Origin: Octopus vulgaris
Taxonomy: Eukaryota
Direction of reading: 5' to 3'
Length of the DNA stretch: 64,000 bases
NCBI GenBank assembly: GCA_951406725.2
Contig: OX597814.1
Location: 215,946,001 to 216,010,000 of the forward strand
The number at the start of each line of letters is the position of its first letter. Within the stretch, counting starts at the first letter, position 1. The notes under the pieces are model-generated. The model saw nothing but the letters and a program-made list of their open reading frames with translations. It was not told where the DNA came from and made no database searches. The position numbers and the translations under genes are program-made. This document shows, in pieces, positions 1 to 14,592 of this stretch.

Positions 1-39
1 CACATTTGGGCATGATCCAAAAAGTTCTGTCCTTGAGTT

Positions 40-800
40 TAGACATGTAGTAGGGTCTAAGCTGCTTTTCCAGATAAGCCATCTCTCCATGTCACATAGA
101 CCGCACTTTCTGCTGCCGTTGGTGTAGGGCTTACATTTGGCCAAAATTTTCCAATGGATGTTATAACTGACACCTTTATCTTTTAAAAACCAAATATGAT
201 TAGATAATTTTGTCGCTTTTCTTTTGTTCCAGTGCCTAAAATTCAAGGTGTGGTTATTGAACCTGGCCTTGAAATTACCCTCTGTAAGGCCCACGTATTT
301 CTTTGTCGAAACGGTGTCTTTATTGGTTATAGAGTCCACGGTAGCTTCATAGATGATGGTCTCGGACATGCAAGCTCCATTTAGCGGGCACAATTTTTTA
401 TTCCTGCATGAGCAGCTGTTTTATTGTGGTTTTTGTGTGTTATGTGTGATTATATTTTTAAAATTGGTAGTTGAACTAAAACTAATTTTTAAATTGTGTT
501 TATTGAAGAGTTTCCTATAAGTATGGTTAACTGGAAAATGTCTATCTATCAGTGTTAAGAAATATTTACCTATATTGAAGGTTACCTCGGATGAGTAAGG
601 GGGTGTAAACCAGATGATTTTCCTATTTCTATTTTTCCTCTTCTTTACTGTTGGGCTAGTAACAGGTGTATATTTTATTTTTTCGCTAAAACCACTATCT
701 TTTAAAGCCTTATTATAAACTGGGGCAACGCTATTAAAAATGTCCTTATCTTGACTATTGAGTAATTGTAACATATTATTTTATAGATAAATTTCCTCTA
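40..800 (-). mobile_element. Penelope-like retroelement relic (RT C-terminal linker plus GIY-YIG endonuclease), disrupted by stops
   Basis: ORF 421-774 has RKIIWFTPPYS...FPVNHTYRKLFN. Reading through the stop gives CSCRNKKLCPLNGAC...IIYEATV...KYVGLTEGNFKARFNNH...KCGLC, the typical PLE GIY-YIG region. Confidence 0.85.
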
Positions 801-854
801 TTTATATAATATTGAGGTCTCTTTCTTTCTTTTGTTATCTTACTGTTTTTACCA

Positions 855-1320
855 ATATATATATATATATATATATACATACCCATAGAAATGCATATAC
901 ATATATATATATATATATACATATACATACACACATATACATACATATATAAATATGCATATACATCAACATGCATATATATGTGTGCGTGTGTATACAT
1001 ACACACATATATAATATGTATACACACCCATGCACATATACATATGCACATCCTTATATACATACATACACACGATATTATATATATAAATATTCATACA
1101 CAGCTATACATCCACACAGCTACCTATATTTATCTACATATATATATATATCACCCCATACAGTTATATTTATATATATACACTTGCTTATATATACCTA
1201 GATATATAATATATATCCATTGAGATATATATATATATATATATATGCATGTATACCTCTTCCCATATATAATCAAACAAAGAAGTAAATATCTATAGCC
1301 ACACACACACACACACACAC
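855..1320. repeat. (AT)n/(AC)n compound microsatellite
   Basis: Dinucleotide tracts visible directly. Confidence 0.95.
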
Positions 1321-1787
1321 AAAAGCTATATGTATAGGGACCTAAATGTATCATCATTAAGCTCTTATTTGTATACTCACATCTTTAGAAATATTAATTA
1401 AATTTTATTTATAATTTTAATTATAAGTGTTGTTAATTTACTTTACAATAGTTAAATATATCTATTACGAGGTATTAATAGGACAGTTTATTAATTATGT
1501 AAAAAAAATTATTTTGTTTTGTTTTTCTATTTCTGATTTCTATATGTATATATTATTTACCTATTGGAATAACATCGTTATTGAAATAGGTAATATAAAC
1601 CAGCGAAGTCTTTGGATATTTAATATCCCTTAGGTGTATATAGACCTTGTTTAAACTGTTCATCATCATCATCATCATCGTCGTTTAACGTCCGTTCTCC
1701 ATGCTAGCATGGGTTGGACGGTTGTTATATACATATATATGTATGTGTGTATTATATATGCATTATATATATATATATATATATATG

Positions 1788-1855
<68 letters not shown>

Positions 1856-1858
<3 letters not shown>

Positions 1859-2082
1859 GGTCCCGGGTTGAGTCGGGGTTACCCACAGTAAATAAGGTAC
1901 TCAATACATAGCAGAGTAAATTAATTTATTTTATAGAAGGAGCTTCTACAGGACTAGAACTGTTTCATTCAAAAGAAATCATCAGGAAGTTAGGTGACAA
2001 GAATAGTTTTGGCATTTATACATTTAGGACGATTTAAAGTGGTGGTGGTGGGGGGCTTTTTGGGGTAGGCATGGCGCAAACT
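1856..2082 (-). mobile_element. Penelope-like pLTR fragment carrying a hammerhead motif
   Basis: Same sequence recurs at 52385-52520, and in inverted orientation at 4811-4970. Abuts a (TA)n tract. Confidence 0.65.
1941..1991 (-). ncRNA. Type I hammerhead ribozyme motif
   Basis: Minus strand reads CUUC-CUGAUGA-UUUCUUUUGAAU-GAAA-CAG(UUCUAGUC)CUG-UA-GAAG, giving an intact core plus stems I and III. Confidence 0.75.
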
Positions 2083-2183
2083 GTCTTTCATAGGGGAGTG
2101 GTCAAAAGAATCAGTGATAAAGTAGATAACAGAATAAATAGAATAATAGAATAGAGTTTTAGGTAAAAAAGAAGACTATCACT

Positions 2184-2237
<54 letters not shown>

Positions 2238-2493
2238 TACACATACATACATATATATATATACATATATACACATACATACATACACACATACATATAT
2301 GCACCCATATACATACATATACGTACACACCCATACACATACTCATACATACACACATATATATATCCATACACGCACACATACATGCCAACATGCAAGC
2401 GCACGCACACATATATCAACACACATATATATAAAAAAAGAATATACACCCCCATACACACACGCTCACATATATATATACACACATATATAT

Positions 2494-2533
<40 letters not shown>

Positions 2534-2640
2534 TAATCAATATACGGTGGAAAAAAATTTTGTAGAATTCTTTTGCCACCAGCGGCCTAGTAGGAAAAAA
2601 TTAAAATAGTCATAGACCATTTTTAAGTTCAACATCAACA

Positions 2641-2988
2641 ATAAAGGAACGGCCATAATAGGCCATTCACCCACTAGAAATAACAGCCAAAGCTTCAACC
2701 GCAAATAAAAGTTAATTCAGTAAACCAGGAGAAAATTTTAAAACATTTACCCTGTAATTTCTTATACGATATACCGTTTCATCTGCTGATTAATGGTAAA
2801 CTAACCTGATTAAATTTAATCAGGTTAGTTTACCATTAATCAGCAGATGAAACGGTATATCGTATAAGAAATTACAGGGTAAATGTTTTTAAATTTTCTC
2901 CTGGTTTACTGAATTAACTTTTATTTGCGGTTGAAGCTTTGGCTGTTATTTCTAGTGGGTGAATGGCCTATTATGGCCGTTCCTTTAT
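2641..2988. repeat. Spacerless 348-bp palindrome (174-bp arms), PLE-derived
   Basis: Centre between 2814/2815 (CTGATTAAA|TTTAATCAG), with one mismatch seen. Contains a hammerhead 3' half, GAAA-CGGTATATCG-TA. Confidence 0.9.
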
Positions 2989-2992
2989 ATTG

Positions 2993-3045
<53 letters not shown>

Positions 3046-3249
3046 TATACATATATATACACATGCATATACATGCACACATATACACACACATTTCTTC
3101 CCTTATTTTTTTATTTTATTTTTATTTTTATTTTGACCTCGACCTACCAGGCAGGCACTGAAGTAAGACCCTCCCGAGGGAGCTAGCCAGCCTAAAAAAA
3201 ACATTTATTGCCCCTCTCCCTTCCTTTCTATCTTTCTTCCCACTGATAC

Positions 3250-3743
3250 GAGCACAAACACTCACACACGCACACACACTCACACGCACACTCATACACA
3301 TACACAAACGCACGTGTTCTATGAATACACATACATATACACACACAAGTACACATATTCATACATACATAAGTGTACCGACTTTCACATAAATGTACAC
3401 ATAACTATGTACACACAAAACCACATATATAAATGTACTTCAATACATATAAACACACATGAACATCTGCCTGCATATATAGACGCATATGCCTATATAC
3501 AGACATTTGTGCATATTAACATACATATGCATATATACGCATCCATACGCTTTTAAGTACATATTAGCACACATGCACGCATACACGTGTACATAAAAGC
3601 ATACCTACATATACCTACCTACACACATACATATACATACATGCATGTATATACACATACGTACACGTACCTACAAATTCATATCTACACGCATACACAT
3701 ACTTACACCTATACACACACAGAAAACTAGTCCATATATATAA

Positions 3744-3774
<31 letters not shown>

Positions 3775-4001
3775 CACACACACATACACGTACGCATATA
3801 CCTATATATACATACACATATATAATACACATGCGCATACTATATACACATATGCATATCTACGCACATACACGCACACATATCTATATACATATATAAA
3901 AGAAAACTAACAAGTATATACATATACATACATATACATGTATACATACACATACATATATACACATATATACCCATACGAATATACATACATATACACA
4001 T

Positions 4002-4049
<48 letters not shown>

Positions 4050-4500
4050 TTATACATACACACACATATACATATACGTCCATACGCACACCTATATACA
4101 TACATACATCCACATAGAGGTATACAGGCATATACACACACATATATACTCATATATATATATATGTACACACGAATGCACACATATACACATACATACA
4201 CATATATACACCAATACACATACGCATACATAAATGTATACATATGTATAAGCGCATCTATATATACACACATAAATACATACATGCATACAAACATATA
4301 CATATATACATACATGCATACTCAAGGTGATGATGATATATGTGCAATTACCCATACTTACACATACATATACGCGCGCCTGTACACATACATACAGATA
4401 CATACATATAAACATACACATATATACATATTTACACATATACACATATATACATACATACATATACACATATATCTGCATACATACATATACATAAAAC
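3250..4500. repeat. Degenerate (AC/AT)n microsatellite field
   Basis: Low-complexity ACAT/ATAC repeats. Confidence 0.9.
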
Positions 4501-4903
4501 ACACGAGCGTATTCAAAGTTATTATCAATACATATGCTGTCATTGATGATACCATCCCAACAATGTATGAAAAGAGCTTCTTACAAGATGTTGCTGATCA
4601 AAATTTTGCCAAATATGATGTCCCATACGAGAAAGACAAAAGCAATTTTGAAAGGAATGATGGTAGCTATAAACAAGACAAAAGATCTCAGTTCCACTGT
4701 TGGGTTGTTTTATCGTCCATTGAACCAGTCTGACAAATATCTCCCTGTATTCTCCTTGCCATACACCGATGAAGCTGACAAAGCTCTGACTATGAGTACA
4801 TATATATATATCAGTTTGCGCCATGCCTACCCCAAAAAGCCCCCCCCCACCACCACTTTAAATCTGCCTAAATGTATAAATGCCAAAACTATTCTTGTCA
4901 CCT

Positions 4904-4954
4904 AGCTTCCTGATGATTTCTTTTGAATGAAACAGTTCTAGTCCTGTAGCAGCT
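4904..4954 (+). ncRNA. Type I hammerhead ribozyme motif (inverted copy of 1941-1991)
   Basis: AGCUUC-CUGAUGA-...-GAAA-CAG...CUG-UA-GCAGCU, with one mismatch in stem I. Confidence 0.65.
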
Positions 4955-5024
4955 CCTTCTATAAAATAAATATATATATATATGTATTTTATATATATAT
5001 ATGTATTTTATATATATATATATG

Positions 5025-5102
<78 letters not shown>

Positions 5103-5104
5103 GA

Positions 5105-5621
5105 ACGTGGCCGTAGCCAGTACCGCATCGACTGGCCTCCGTGCTGTGGGCACGTAACAAGCACCATCCGATCGTGGCCGTTTGCCAGGCTCATCTGGCA
5201 CCTGTGTCGGTGGCACATAAAAACACCATCCGAGCGTGGCCGTCTGCCAGCCTCCTCTGGCACCTGTGTCGGTGGCACATAAAAACACCATCCGAGCGTG
5301 GCTGTCTGCCAGCCTCGTCTGGCACCTGTGTCGGTGGCACATAAAAAACACCATCCGAGCGTGGCCGTCTGCCAGCCTCGTCTGGCACCTGTGTCGGTGG
5401 CACATAAAAAACACCATCCGAGCGTGGCCGTTTGCCAGCCTCGTCTGGCACCTGTGTCGGTGGCACATAAAATCACCCACTACACTCTCGGAGTGGTTGG
5501 CGTTAGGAAGGGCATCCAGCTGTAGAAACACTGCCAGATCTGACTGGACTGGTGCAGCTTTCGGGCTCCCCAGACCCCAGTTGAACCGTCCAACCCATGC
5601 TATATTAAATGATGATGATGA

Positions 5622-5625
<4 letters not shown>
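5105..5625 (+). mobile_element. 3' UTR/tail of the RTE-like LINE family, with ~5 tandem 61-62-bp units
   Basis: Unit GGCACCTGTGTCGGTGGCACATAAAAACACCATCCGAGCGTGGCCGTCTGCCAGCCTCGTCT, then GGAAGGGCATCCAGC...CCAACCCATGC and a (GAT)n tail. The same tail is attached to the RT fragments at 22500-22779 and 47079-47400. Confidence 0.8.
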
Positions 5626-6585
<960 letters not shown>

Positions 6586-8300
6586 ATGATGGCCGTCCAC
6601 TCATGACCAAGGAAGACCATTGCTGACCTTCAGGAACATTGTGCACTCTGGGACTAACTTATATTTTGCATTTGTGGCTCTGTTGGTGAGTGACGAGGCC
6701 TGCTCTTGACAAGCATTCACGACTGCAAACATTGCAGACCAAGCTTTCCCCATTAATATATATATGATGGGCTTCTTTCAGTTTCCATCCACCAAATTCA
6801 CTCATGAGGCTTCGGTCAGTAGACACTCTTTAGTAGAAGACACTCTTTAAAGTATAGAGTTGAACTTCATGTAGCCACCTGTTGGCAACTTTTCTCCCCC
6901 ACCCCTTTTGTAGTGGGTATTACTCATTTTTCTGGGCTCTTTTCACAGCTGTACCCTGTTCGAAATTTGGATTAGTTTTTGTATGAAAAGAAAAAGAACA
7001 GAGTGGGGGCTTGATTGTAGTTTGTGGAGAAAACATTAAACATGCCTGAAAATAAAAACATGGTCTTTCCCCCAACTAAAAGACATGAAGAACTATGAAA
7101 GGAGGTGAATAAGTACTGGAGGTGGGAGGAAAGAAGAGAGAAGTAACAGTGGATTGTTCTAGAACTGCCAGAATGAAAGACTTTCCCTCTTCTTCATTGT
7201 TAAGAGTAAAGAAGCAAGGAAAGATCGATCGTATTCCAGTCTAATTGTCATTTTAAATGACTGAGGCTTTCCTTTCTCTGTCTCTCTCACTTCATTCCTT
7301 TTCTCTACGGTTAAGAGAGTGAAGGTGCTTAGGTGTATTCGGCCCATGATCGTAAAGTCACGAGAATGATTCCCTGCGGTGCACTGTGTTTTTGAGCAAG
7401 GTACTCTACTTCACTTTGCTGCAGTGTACTCAGCTTGCAAAAGTGAGTCGTAGCTGTAAATCAAAGGGGCCATCCCTGTAACATTCTGTGTGAGGCTGAA
7501 TCTCCTTGAGAACTACCTTATGGTATGCATGTCTGTGGAGTATTCAGCCACTTGCACGTTAATTTTATGAGCAGAACCTCATCATCATAACCAATGGAGT
7601 GCCATTTTTTAAAAAGAGTGAAAGAAAAGGAAATGCTCCAAATCGTAAGTCAAAAATGTCGTGTGTTTAGCATTATCAATGAAAGCTAAGACGAAATTAT
7701 TGCTATTCCGTCGTGTATTCACCCTCGACTCACACTCAGTTTGATAACAACACCCTGTGATCTGGGGGCTTTGCCTCCTGATCTGTGAGGCCCACAAATG
7801 ATTGGATTAACATCCATATTGATCCTAAAGATTAAAATGATTTTCCTGCCCCTATATAAGATCTTTATTTGTTTTCTTCCAATCACTTGAAGATCTGTCT
7901 TGCTCCAGTTCACTCAGCTGGCCAAAATGAATTCTAGCTGTAATTCAAAGGGGCAAGCCTTGTCAATTTCTGTGTGAGGTTGAGATAATGATATGCATGT
8001 CCGTGGAGTACTCAGGCACTTGCGAGTTAATTTTATCCTCGTGTGGTAATGAAAAGCGAAAGTGACATCCAATATTTGCTGCAGTTATTTGCTTTGATTT
8101 AACTACGTGTCTATGTATCAACTTTTCTTTGGATCTATGTATCTACTGTTTCTATCACTTTCTCTCTTTCTCTCTCACTTCCTCTGTGTCCCTCCCCTCT
8201 CCTGCTTTTGATTTAACAATGTGTGTATGTATGTATGTATGTATGTATGTATCAACATTCAAAACACAATACAAACACCAACACCAATCACTGCCTCTCA

Positions 8301-8345
<45 letters not shown>

Positions 8346-8454
8346 TTCATCCTCTCTGTCCTTACCACTCACTTCTTTGCAGTAAGTGTGACACACTATG
8401 TATGTACAAAAACAAACAAAACTAAGCATATTAATGTTATTGATACTGATAATA

Positions 8455-9532
8455 ATGTGATGCCGTACCAGACAGTTGCTCTCTTGGCATCTGATCTTAA
8501 ATGATTGGGAAGTGTTATCATCCACATTGTTTTGTCTTGGTATGAAAAGATGGGCTACAGAAAATATTCTGCTCATACCACAGATTTGCTTGTCCTTAAC
8601 CAGTTGAGCATGTCCCTTGATGGCTGACAATATGTGCATCTCTCATGAACAGAAGTAGTGGAGGAGCATTATAACCATGTGTTGAGAAAAATTCTTTGGG
8701 GTTCGAATAATTCACCTCTGAAACATGGAAACATGGGTGTTTTATTCATCATCCTTATAAAAACCTTGTTCAGTGACCTTTTGAGTGGGATGAGCTACTC
8801 AACCTGAAGAAAATTCTAACTAGGCCTCACCTGCAAGATCATGCCCTGTTTATCTTGATATGAGATCACCATGTTGTGCACATATAGTTGTGATGCATGT
8901 GCCTGGTGTACCTTTGTATATTTTACATCAGTGTCACTTTGATGGCATGCACTGTTCTCTCAATAACAACAACAACAATTATAATAATATGCCCTGATGC
9001 AGTACCAGGCAGTGGCTCTCGTGGCTTCTGATCTTAACTGATTGGAAGTGATATCATGTACCTTATTTTGTCTTGCTATAAAAGATGGGTTACAGCAAAT
9101 ATTCTGCTCAATACCACGGATTTGCTTGTCAGTTGTTTGACCTTAACCAGTTGAGCATGTCTCTTAGTGGCTGGTGATATGTGCCTCTCTGCTCACGAGA
9201 AGAAGTAGTGGGGGAGCATCATAACCATGTGTTGTGAGTGATTGTTTGCGGTTTGAATAATTCTCTTCTGGAAACATGGGTGTTTCGTTCAACATCCTTA
9301 AACAACCCTTATTTGGGGACCTTTTGAGCAGGATGGGTTACTCGACCAAAAGAAAATTCTAACTGGGCTCCACATGCAAGGTTATGCGCTGTTTATCTTG
9401 ATATGAGATCACCATGTCACACACATATGGTTGTGATGCATGTGCCTGGTGTACCCTTATCATGATGGTTATACTGGGCTTCATATATTTTACCCCAGTA
9501 TCACTTTGATGGCATGCACTACTCTCTCACTC

Positions 9533-9545
<13 letters not shown>
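8455..9545. repeat. Two diverged tandem copies (~8455-8985 and ~8990-9545) of a ~500-bp interspersed repeat ending in (AAC/AAT)n
   Basis: Collinear shared blocks such as CTGATCTTAA..GATTGG, TTAACCAGTTGAGCATGTC and GATATGAGATCACCATG. Family not identified. Confidence 0.75.
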
Positions 9546-9565
<20 letters not shown>

Positions 9566-9589
9566 TTGATGAAGCCATTGCCCTTACTG

Positions 9590-10060
9590 TGAATGAATGC
9601 TCTCAACTTGCCCCAAACCAATATGAGTTGTGGTGACATGATGAGGTTGCAAAAGTGCTGCATTGGAAAGTTGGGGTTAGAGAGAAGCAAAACATGGTAC
9701 AAACAGAAACCACAGAGAATCACAGAGTCAGAGACCTGTAAAATCTTGTGGGAATTTTCAAATCAGAATGGGCCAAGTGCTTGAGTACAACAAGCCAGGC
9801 CTAGTCGTTGTGGACAAGGTGAACCACAAGTGCTCTATAACTGATGTTGCATACGCCTTTGACCCACAATTAGTTAGGTGAACAAGTAGACAATCCTCTT
9901 AAATGTGCTTGACTGTGAAAGATGGAGATAATACTAATTATTATTGGGGCCCTGGGGACAGTATCAGAAGATATTAAGAGGAAATGAGGACAGAGCGCCG
10001 AGTAGAGCTGTTACCAAAAGTCTGCCTCCTTGTCACAGCCATTATCATCAAGAAAATATT
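9590..10060 (+). mobile_element. R4/Dong-like non-LTR relic (restriction-like endonuclease region)
   Basis: Across frameshifts: HDEVAKVLHW, WYKQKPQRITESETCKILWEF, NKPGLVVVDK, DVA, IIIGALGTV. Confidence 0.7.
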
Positions 10061-10206
10061 ACATGGCTTAACAGAACAGATAGCATGGTACCGTAGGCTG
10101 TGGATAGCAAGCCTCCAGGAGTTCCAACAAAACCTGAATTAAAAGAATGCTAATAACTGACTCTGATAGGTAGACTAGACAAAGAGAGCAGAAAAAAATT
10201 ACTTAC

Positions 10207-10440
10207 CATACGCCTCTTTAAAACTTACAATGTAAGTATCAGAGGTTTGTTGTTGAACTGAAGAAATATCTCCACCAGAACTTTCTTTTCTATTTCCAAA
10301 ATAGCTTTGAAGACTGTCAGAGCTGACATTTGAAGAAACGTTTTTCACTTGAACACTGTTTATTTCCTTAATTCTATTCACTTTCAGTTGATTTCCTTTT
10401 AAGGGTTTTTTTTTGCACATCCTCTGAACACACTCAAAAT
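10207..10440 (-). CDS. Internal exon (phase 1-1) of a PARP14/PARP10-like gene, RRM region
   Basis: Acceptor TTTATTGCAG, donor G|GTAAGT, 234 nt open. Encodes DFECVQRMCKKKPLKGNQLKVNRIKEINSVQVKNVSSNVSSDSLQSYFGNRKESSGGDISSVQQQTSDTYIVSFKEAY, matching the LxxYFEN...GG motif of PARP14/10 RRMs. Confidence 0.85.
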
Positions 10441-10604
10441 CTGCAATAAATACAATGAATGGAAATACATTTTGGTAAAAGAATCAAATTGAAGTCAATT
10501 TACTGATGTTTTAACACATTTTAGATTGAAATGATTTTGAGAATTCTTCAAATTTGGAGATTTTAGCATTAAAATGCAGTTCCAATTATTTAACAACTCC
10601 ATAT

Positions 10605-11020
10605 AGGCACAGGTGTGGCTGTGTGGTAAGATGGTTGCTTCCCAGCCATATGGTTTTGGGTTCAGTCCCACTGTGTGGCACTTGGAAAAAATGTATTCTG
10701 CTATAGCCTTGGGTTGACCAAAGCCTTATGAGTGGATTTGGTAGACGAAGACTGAAAGAAGCCATCTGTCTGTCTGTCCGTCTGTATGTTACTGTCTCCT
10801 TGCTTGTTGTAAACGAGTGTCCCTGTCATACAAGCAGTGTCCTTCATTTCCAATCTTCCTTAAAACATGTCTGGTCACTGGGAAACATTACCTTACTTGG
10901 AAATAGGTGAAGGTTGGCAACAAGAAGGGCATCCAGCTGCAGAAAAAATCCAATTCATCATCAAATGTTGTCCAACCCATGCAAGCATGGAAAAGCGGAT
11001 GTTAAAACAGTGATGATGAT
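10605..11020 (+). mobile_element. tRNA-derived SINE with RTE-type 3' tail
   Basis: A-box-like TGGCTGTGTGG and B-box-like GGTTCAGTCCC head, then a GAAGGGCATCCAGC...CCAACCCATGC(GAT)n tail. Related heads at 13635 and 14015. Confidence 0.7.
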
Positions 11021-14000
11021 CATGGGTCCTTTAGTTTTTGTTTACTGATCCTTAAATGTAAAAGGTATTTCTATTTAGGGACAAGTTAAGTGTAAAACAT
11101 AAGAAACAAAATTTGACTGAGCAGATTTATGATGAAAGATAATCCAGCCACGACCATTCCAATATCTAGAATGGTAGCTTCTGTTTTGAAGAAGGCAGAA
11201 TGTAATGGGAGGGATACTTTCCTGCTATTTCTATCAGCCTGAGCAACTGTGTAAAGGTCTTCAGATCATTAAAAGTGTGTATTTTAAGGTAGAGATGGGA
11301 ATTTCAACATTTCTCGTCTGGGCTCATTCTTGTATTCTAGAATATTGTACTTTGGTGAAAGACATGACAATATCAGAGACAAGTTAGTGATGAAGTTATT
11401 TAGACAAAAATAAACAAAAACAAACTATTTCACTAAAAATACATATAACTACCCAACCATTTCTAAAGATATATCATCATTTAAGTTCTGTTGTCCATGC
11501 TGGCATGGGTTGGACGGTTTGACTGGGCTGGCATGCTGGAAGGCTGCATCAGACTCCAGTCTGATTTGACATGGTTTTCTTTGGCTGAATGCCCTTCCTA
11601 ACGCCAACCACTCCGAGAGTGTAATTGGTCCCTTTACATGTTTTGATGAATCTTCCCAAACATGACATAATACCAAAAATCTTGGCCATTGCCTCTTGAG
11701 GTCCAACGCTCGAAAAGAACTCAGCCACTTTTCCTCCATGATGCCCAGCATTCAAAAGATGTTCTTTATGTGCCACCAGCACAGATCCCCAAATGTCTCT
11801 TGATTTCAAACTTTGACACTAGGCCAGCAATTTTTGAGGGAAGGGTTAGTTGATTGCATCGACCCCAGTATTCAACTGGTACTTATTACTTGAACCCTGA
11901 AAGGGTGAAAGGCTAGTAGGACAAGGAAGGAGAAGGAAGATGGGAGAGGGTCAAGAATGAGTGAGAGAAGGCTTGTCCAAAAGGAAGTGACCAGGGTATG
12001 AGTAGTAGAGGGGATAGAGTGGGTGGGGGGTCTGCTTTGGCTTGGTTTTTACATTTGGATGCCATTCCTAATGCCAACCATTTCACAGAGAGGGCTAGGG
12101 GCATTTTAAGGAGCACCTGCACTGGTAAGGTCTCCTCTCATATAGTTTTTATGGCAGGATGCCCTTCTTAATGCCAACCGTTATACAGAGTGGACTGGAT
12201 GCTTTATACATGGCACCAGACCCAGCAATATCACCAAGTAACTTGCAAAACAAAGATCCTTTGAGAGGAGGGGCTGTGGTATTGAAGGAGGTGGCTTTGT
12301 GGTGTGAGGTGATGTGTAGATAAAGTATGACAAAAGGATGGAAACAGATGTCTTGCTGTAGTGGAGTTTTGTATCCTTGTGTGTTGGTAAATAATTCAAC
12401 GAAGGACAGAAGAAACATGAGGTTAAGCACTCTCTGCCAAACGGCTCACAGTCAACTGCTTGCCAACCAATCAACCGCTGACACTCAGACAGTTCTCCAT
12501 TTTATAGCAATGTGCTAATCCACTTTCATTCACTTGGGTGGGGGTGGGAAGCATTCCACGACATGGAGAGACATGGTTACCCGAGTCAGAGGGAAAGAGC
12601 AAGAGACAGATAGAGAGAGAGAGACACAGTGGTAATGTGTCAGGGTATACTCTTAATGTATGAGGATGGGAATGTAAATGGGATAGTATTGGATTTCCCA
12701 GGGTGCATGAATAGGGGGTTCATGTGAATGCCAGCAGGAGAGGAAGGACAGGATTGCAGGAGAAGAGAGGGAGAGGTAAGCATAGTGCATGAAGAAGAGG
12801 AGCAGAGATGTAGTTTTGGTCTATTGAGGTAGGGTGTGATGAATGATTTAATGTTAGATAGGGGTGAAAGACACAGCAGTGGGGTGGGCAGGTCTTCTCG
12901 AGAACCTTCTATTACCAGACATCTCAATCCATTGTCATCTTGAGATTGGCTCTCTCTTCCACAGCTGCCATCCCCTTTAAGCAATCAACACTTCTATATA
13001 CAGCTATTTCCATTCATACACATCACATGTCCAAACCAATGCAATCTTGTCTCTTGCATGCAGCAATTCATTCCGCTTACAACCAACTTTTCTCTCAGCA
13101 CATTACCACTTTGTCATACATGCACACTGATGTTGCATATCCATCAGAACATACTGCTCCCGTTCCTCTCTAGTCTATGCAAGTCTTAAGTGACCACTTG
13201 GCAAATAACTATAAAGAAGGGAAACAGAACCAGAGCATGTGTTTATTATTGGCATACTGACCCTCCCAAGACACACAAAATATATTTTGTTTTAGAATTA
13301 AACTATATATTTGTTTTATTATTCTGCAATATGCATCTACAAGGGAAAGACGCAGTTTTCTTTCCATTTTGTTTTAGATAGAAATTACATTTGTAACAAG
13401 TTCCCTCTATCAACCAAACAAAGATGGTAAAATATTCCATTTACTTTCCCTCTTTCCAATGTTTAGAAACTGAAGGAACGGTCAAATACTGGAATCAGTT
13501 TCACTGATAATACATCATCTCTAATATTTCTGATTTCCTGCCTGATAACCATCATTCCTGACAAATTTCTTCCTTTTCTGATAAATGTGAGAAACCAAAA
13601 AGCAAAATCTGGGAAGAAATAAAAGATATAAATAGGTGCAGACAGGGCTGTGTGCTAAGAAGTTTGCTTCCCAACCACATGGTTCTGGGTTCAGTCCCAC
13701 TGCATGGCACCTTGGGTGAGAATCTTCTACTGTAGCCTCAGTTCGGCTGAGGCATTGTGAGTGAATTTGGTAGATGGAAACTGAAAGAAGCCCAGTATGT
13801 GTGGTGTGTGTCTGTTTGTTATCCACCATCAGTGTGTTTATGTTCTTGTAACTTAGCAGACCAGCAAAATGAAGTGATAAAATAAATTACCAGGCTTTAA
13901 AAAGTAAGAACTACTGGGGTTAATTCATTTGACACAAAAGATCTTCAAGGTGGTGCCCCAGCATGGCCACAGTCTAATTATTGAAGCTAAACATAAAACA

Positions 14001-14243
14001 TATACAAATCCTATTGCTTCCCAGCCACATGGTTCTGGGTTCAGTCCCACTGCATGGCATCTTGAGCAAGTGTCTTCTACTATAGCTTTGGGCCAACCAA
14101 AGCCTTGTGAGTGGATTTGGTATGCAGAAACTGAAAGAAGCCCATCATGTATATACATACATACATACATACCTTCCTACCTATCTACCTACCTACATAC
14201 ATACATACATACATAAATATCTATATCTGTAAATATAAATATA

Positions 14244-14592
14244 TGTCAATTATTCGGTAGCCATGATAAAAGTTTCAGATGTTGGGGCGGAAACCCATTC
14301 GAGCATCTCTTCAGTTATCCGGCCATTGAAAAAATGCTATGAAAATGACCGTTAAACGAAGGGAAATTACTCTGTGATTGACCGTTATTAAGACAAAAGA
14401 GCTATTACTTAGCAGTCATTCTAATAGCTCTTTTCTCTTAATAACGGTCAATCACAAAGTAATTTCACTTTGTTTAACGGTCATTTTCATAGCATATTTT
14501 TCGATGGCCCAATAACTGAAGAGATGCCAGCTTGGGTTTCTGCCCGAACATCTGAAACTCAGAGTTTTATCATGGCTACCGAATAATTGACA
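14244..14592. repeat. Imperfect inverted repeat (~165-bp arms, short spacer), PLE-derived
   Basis: TGTCAATTATTCGGTAGCCATGATAAAA ... TTTTATCATGGCTACCGAATAATTGACA, with inner arms AAAAGAGCTATTA/TAATAGCTCTTTT. Confidence 0.85.
14512..14570 (+). ncRNA. Hammerhead ribozyme motif (slightly degenerate)
   Basis: AUAA-CUGAAGA-GAUG...CAUCU-GAAA-CUCAGAG-UU-UUAU. Confidence 0.6.

Noticed and set aside
4505-4790. Unique-looking coding island among microsatellites
   Set aside because: No convincing splice sites or domain. Most likely a decayed LINE RT scrap.
5150-5470. CRISPR-like regular array
   Set aside because: The 'spacers' are near-identical, the context is eukaryotic, there are no cas genes, and the array is part of a LINE 3' UTR.
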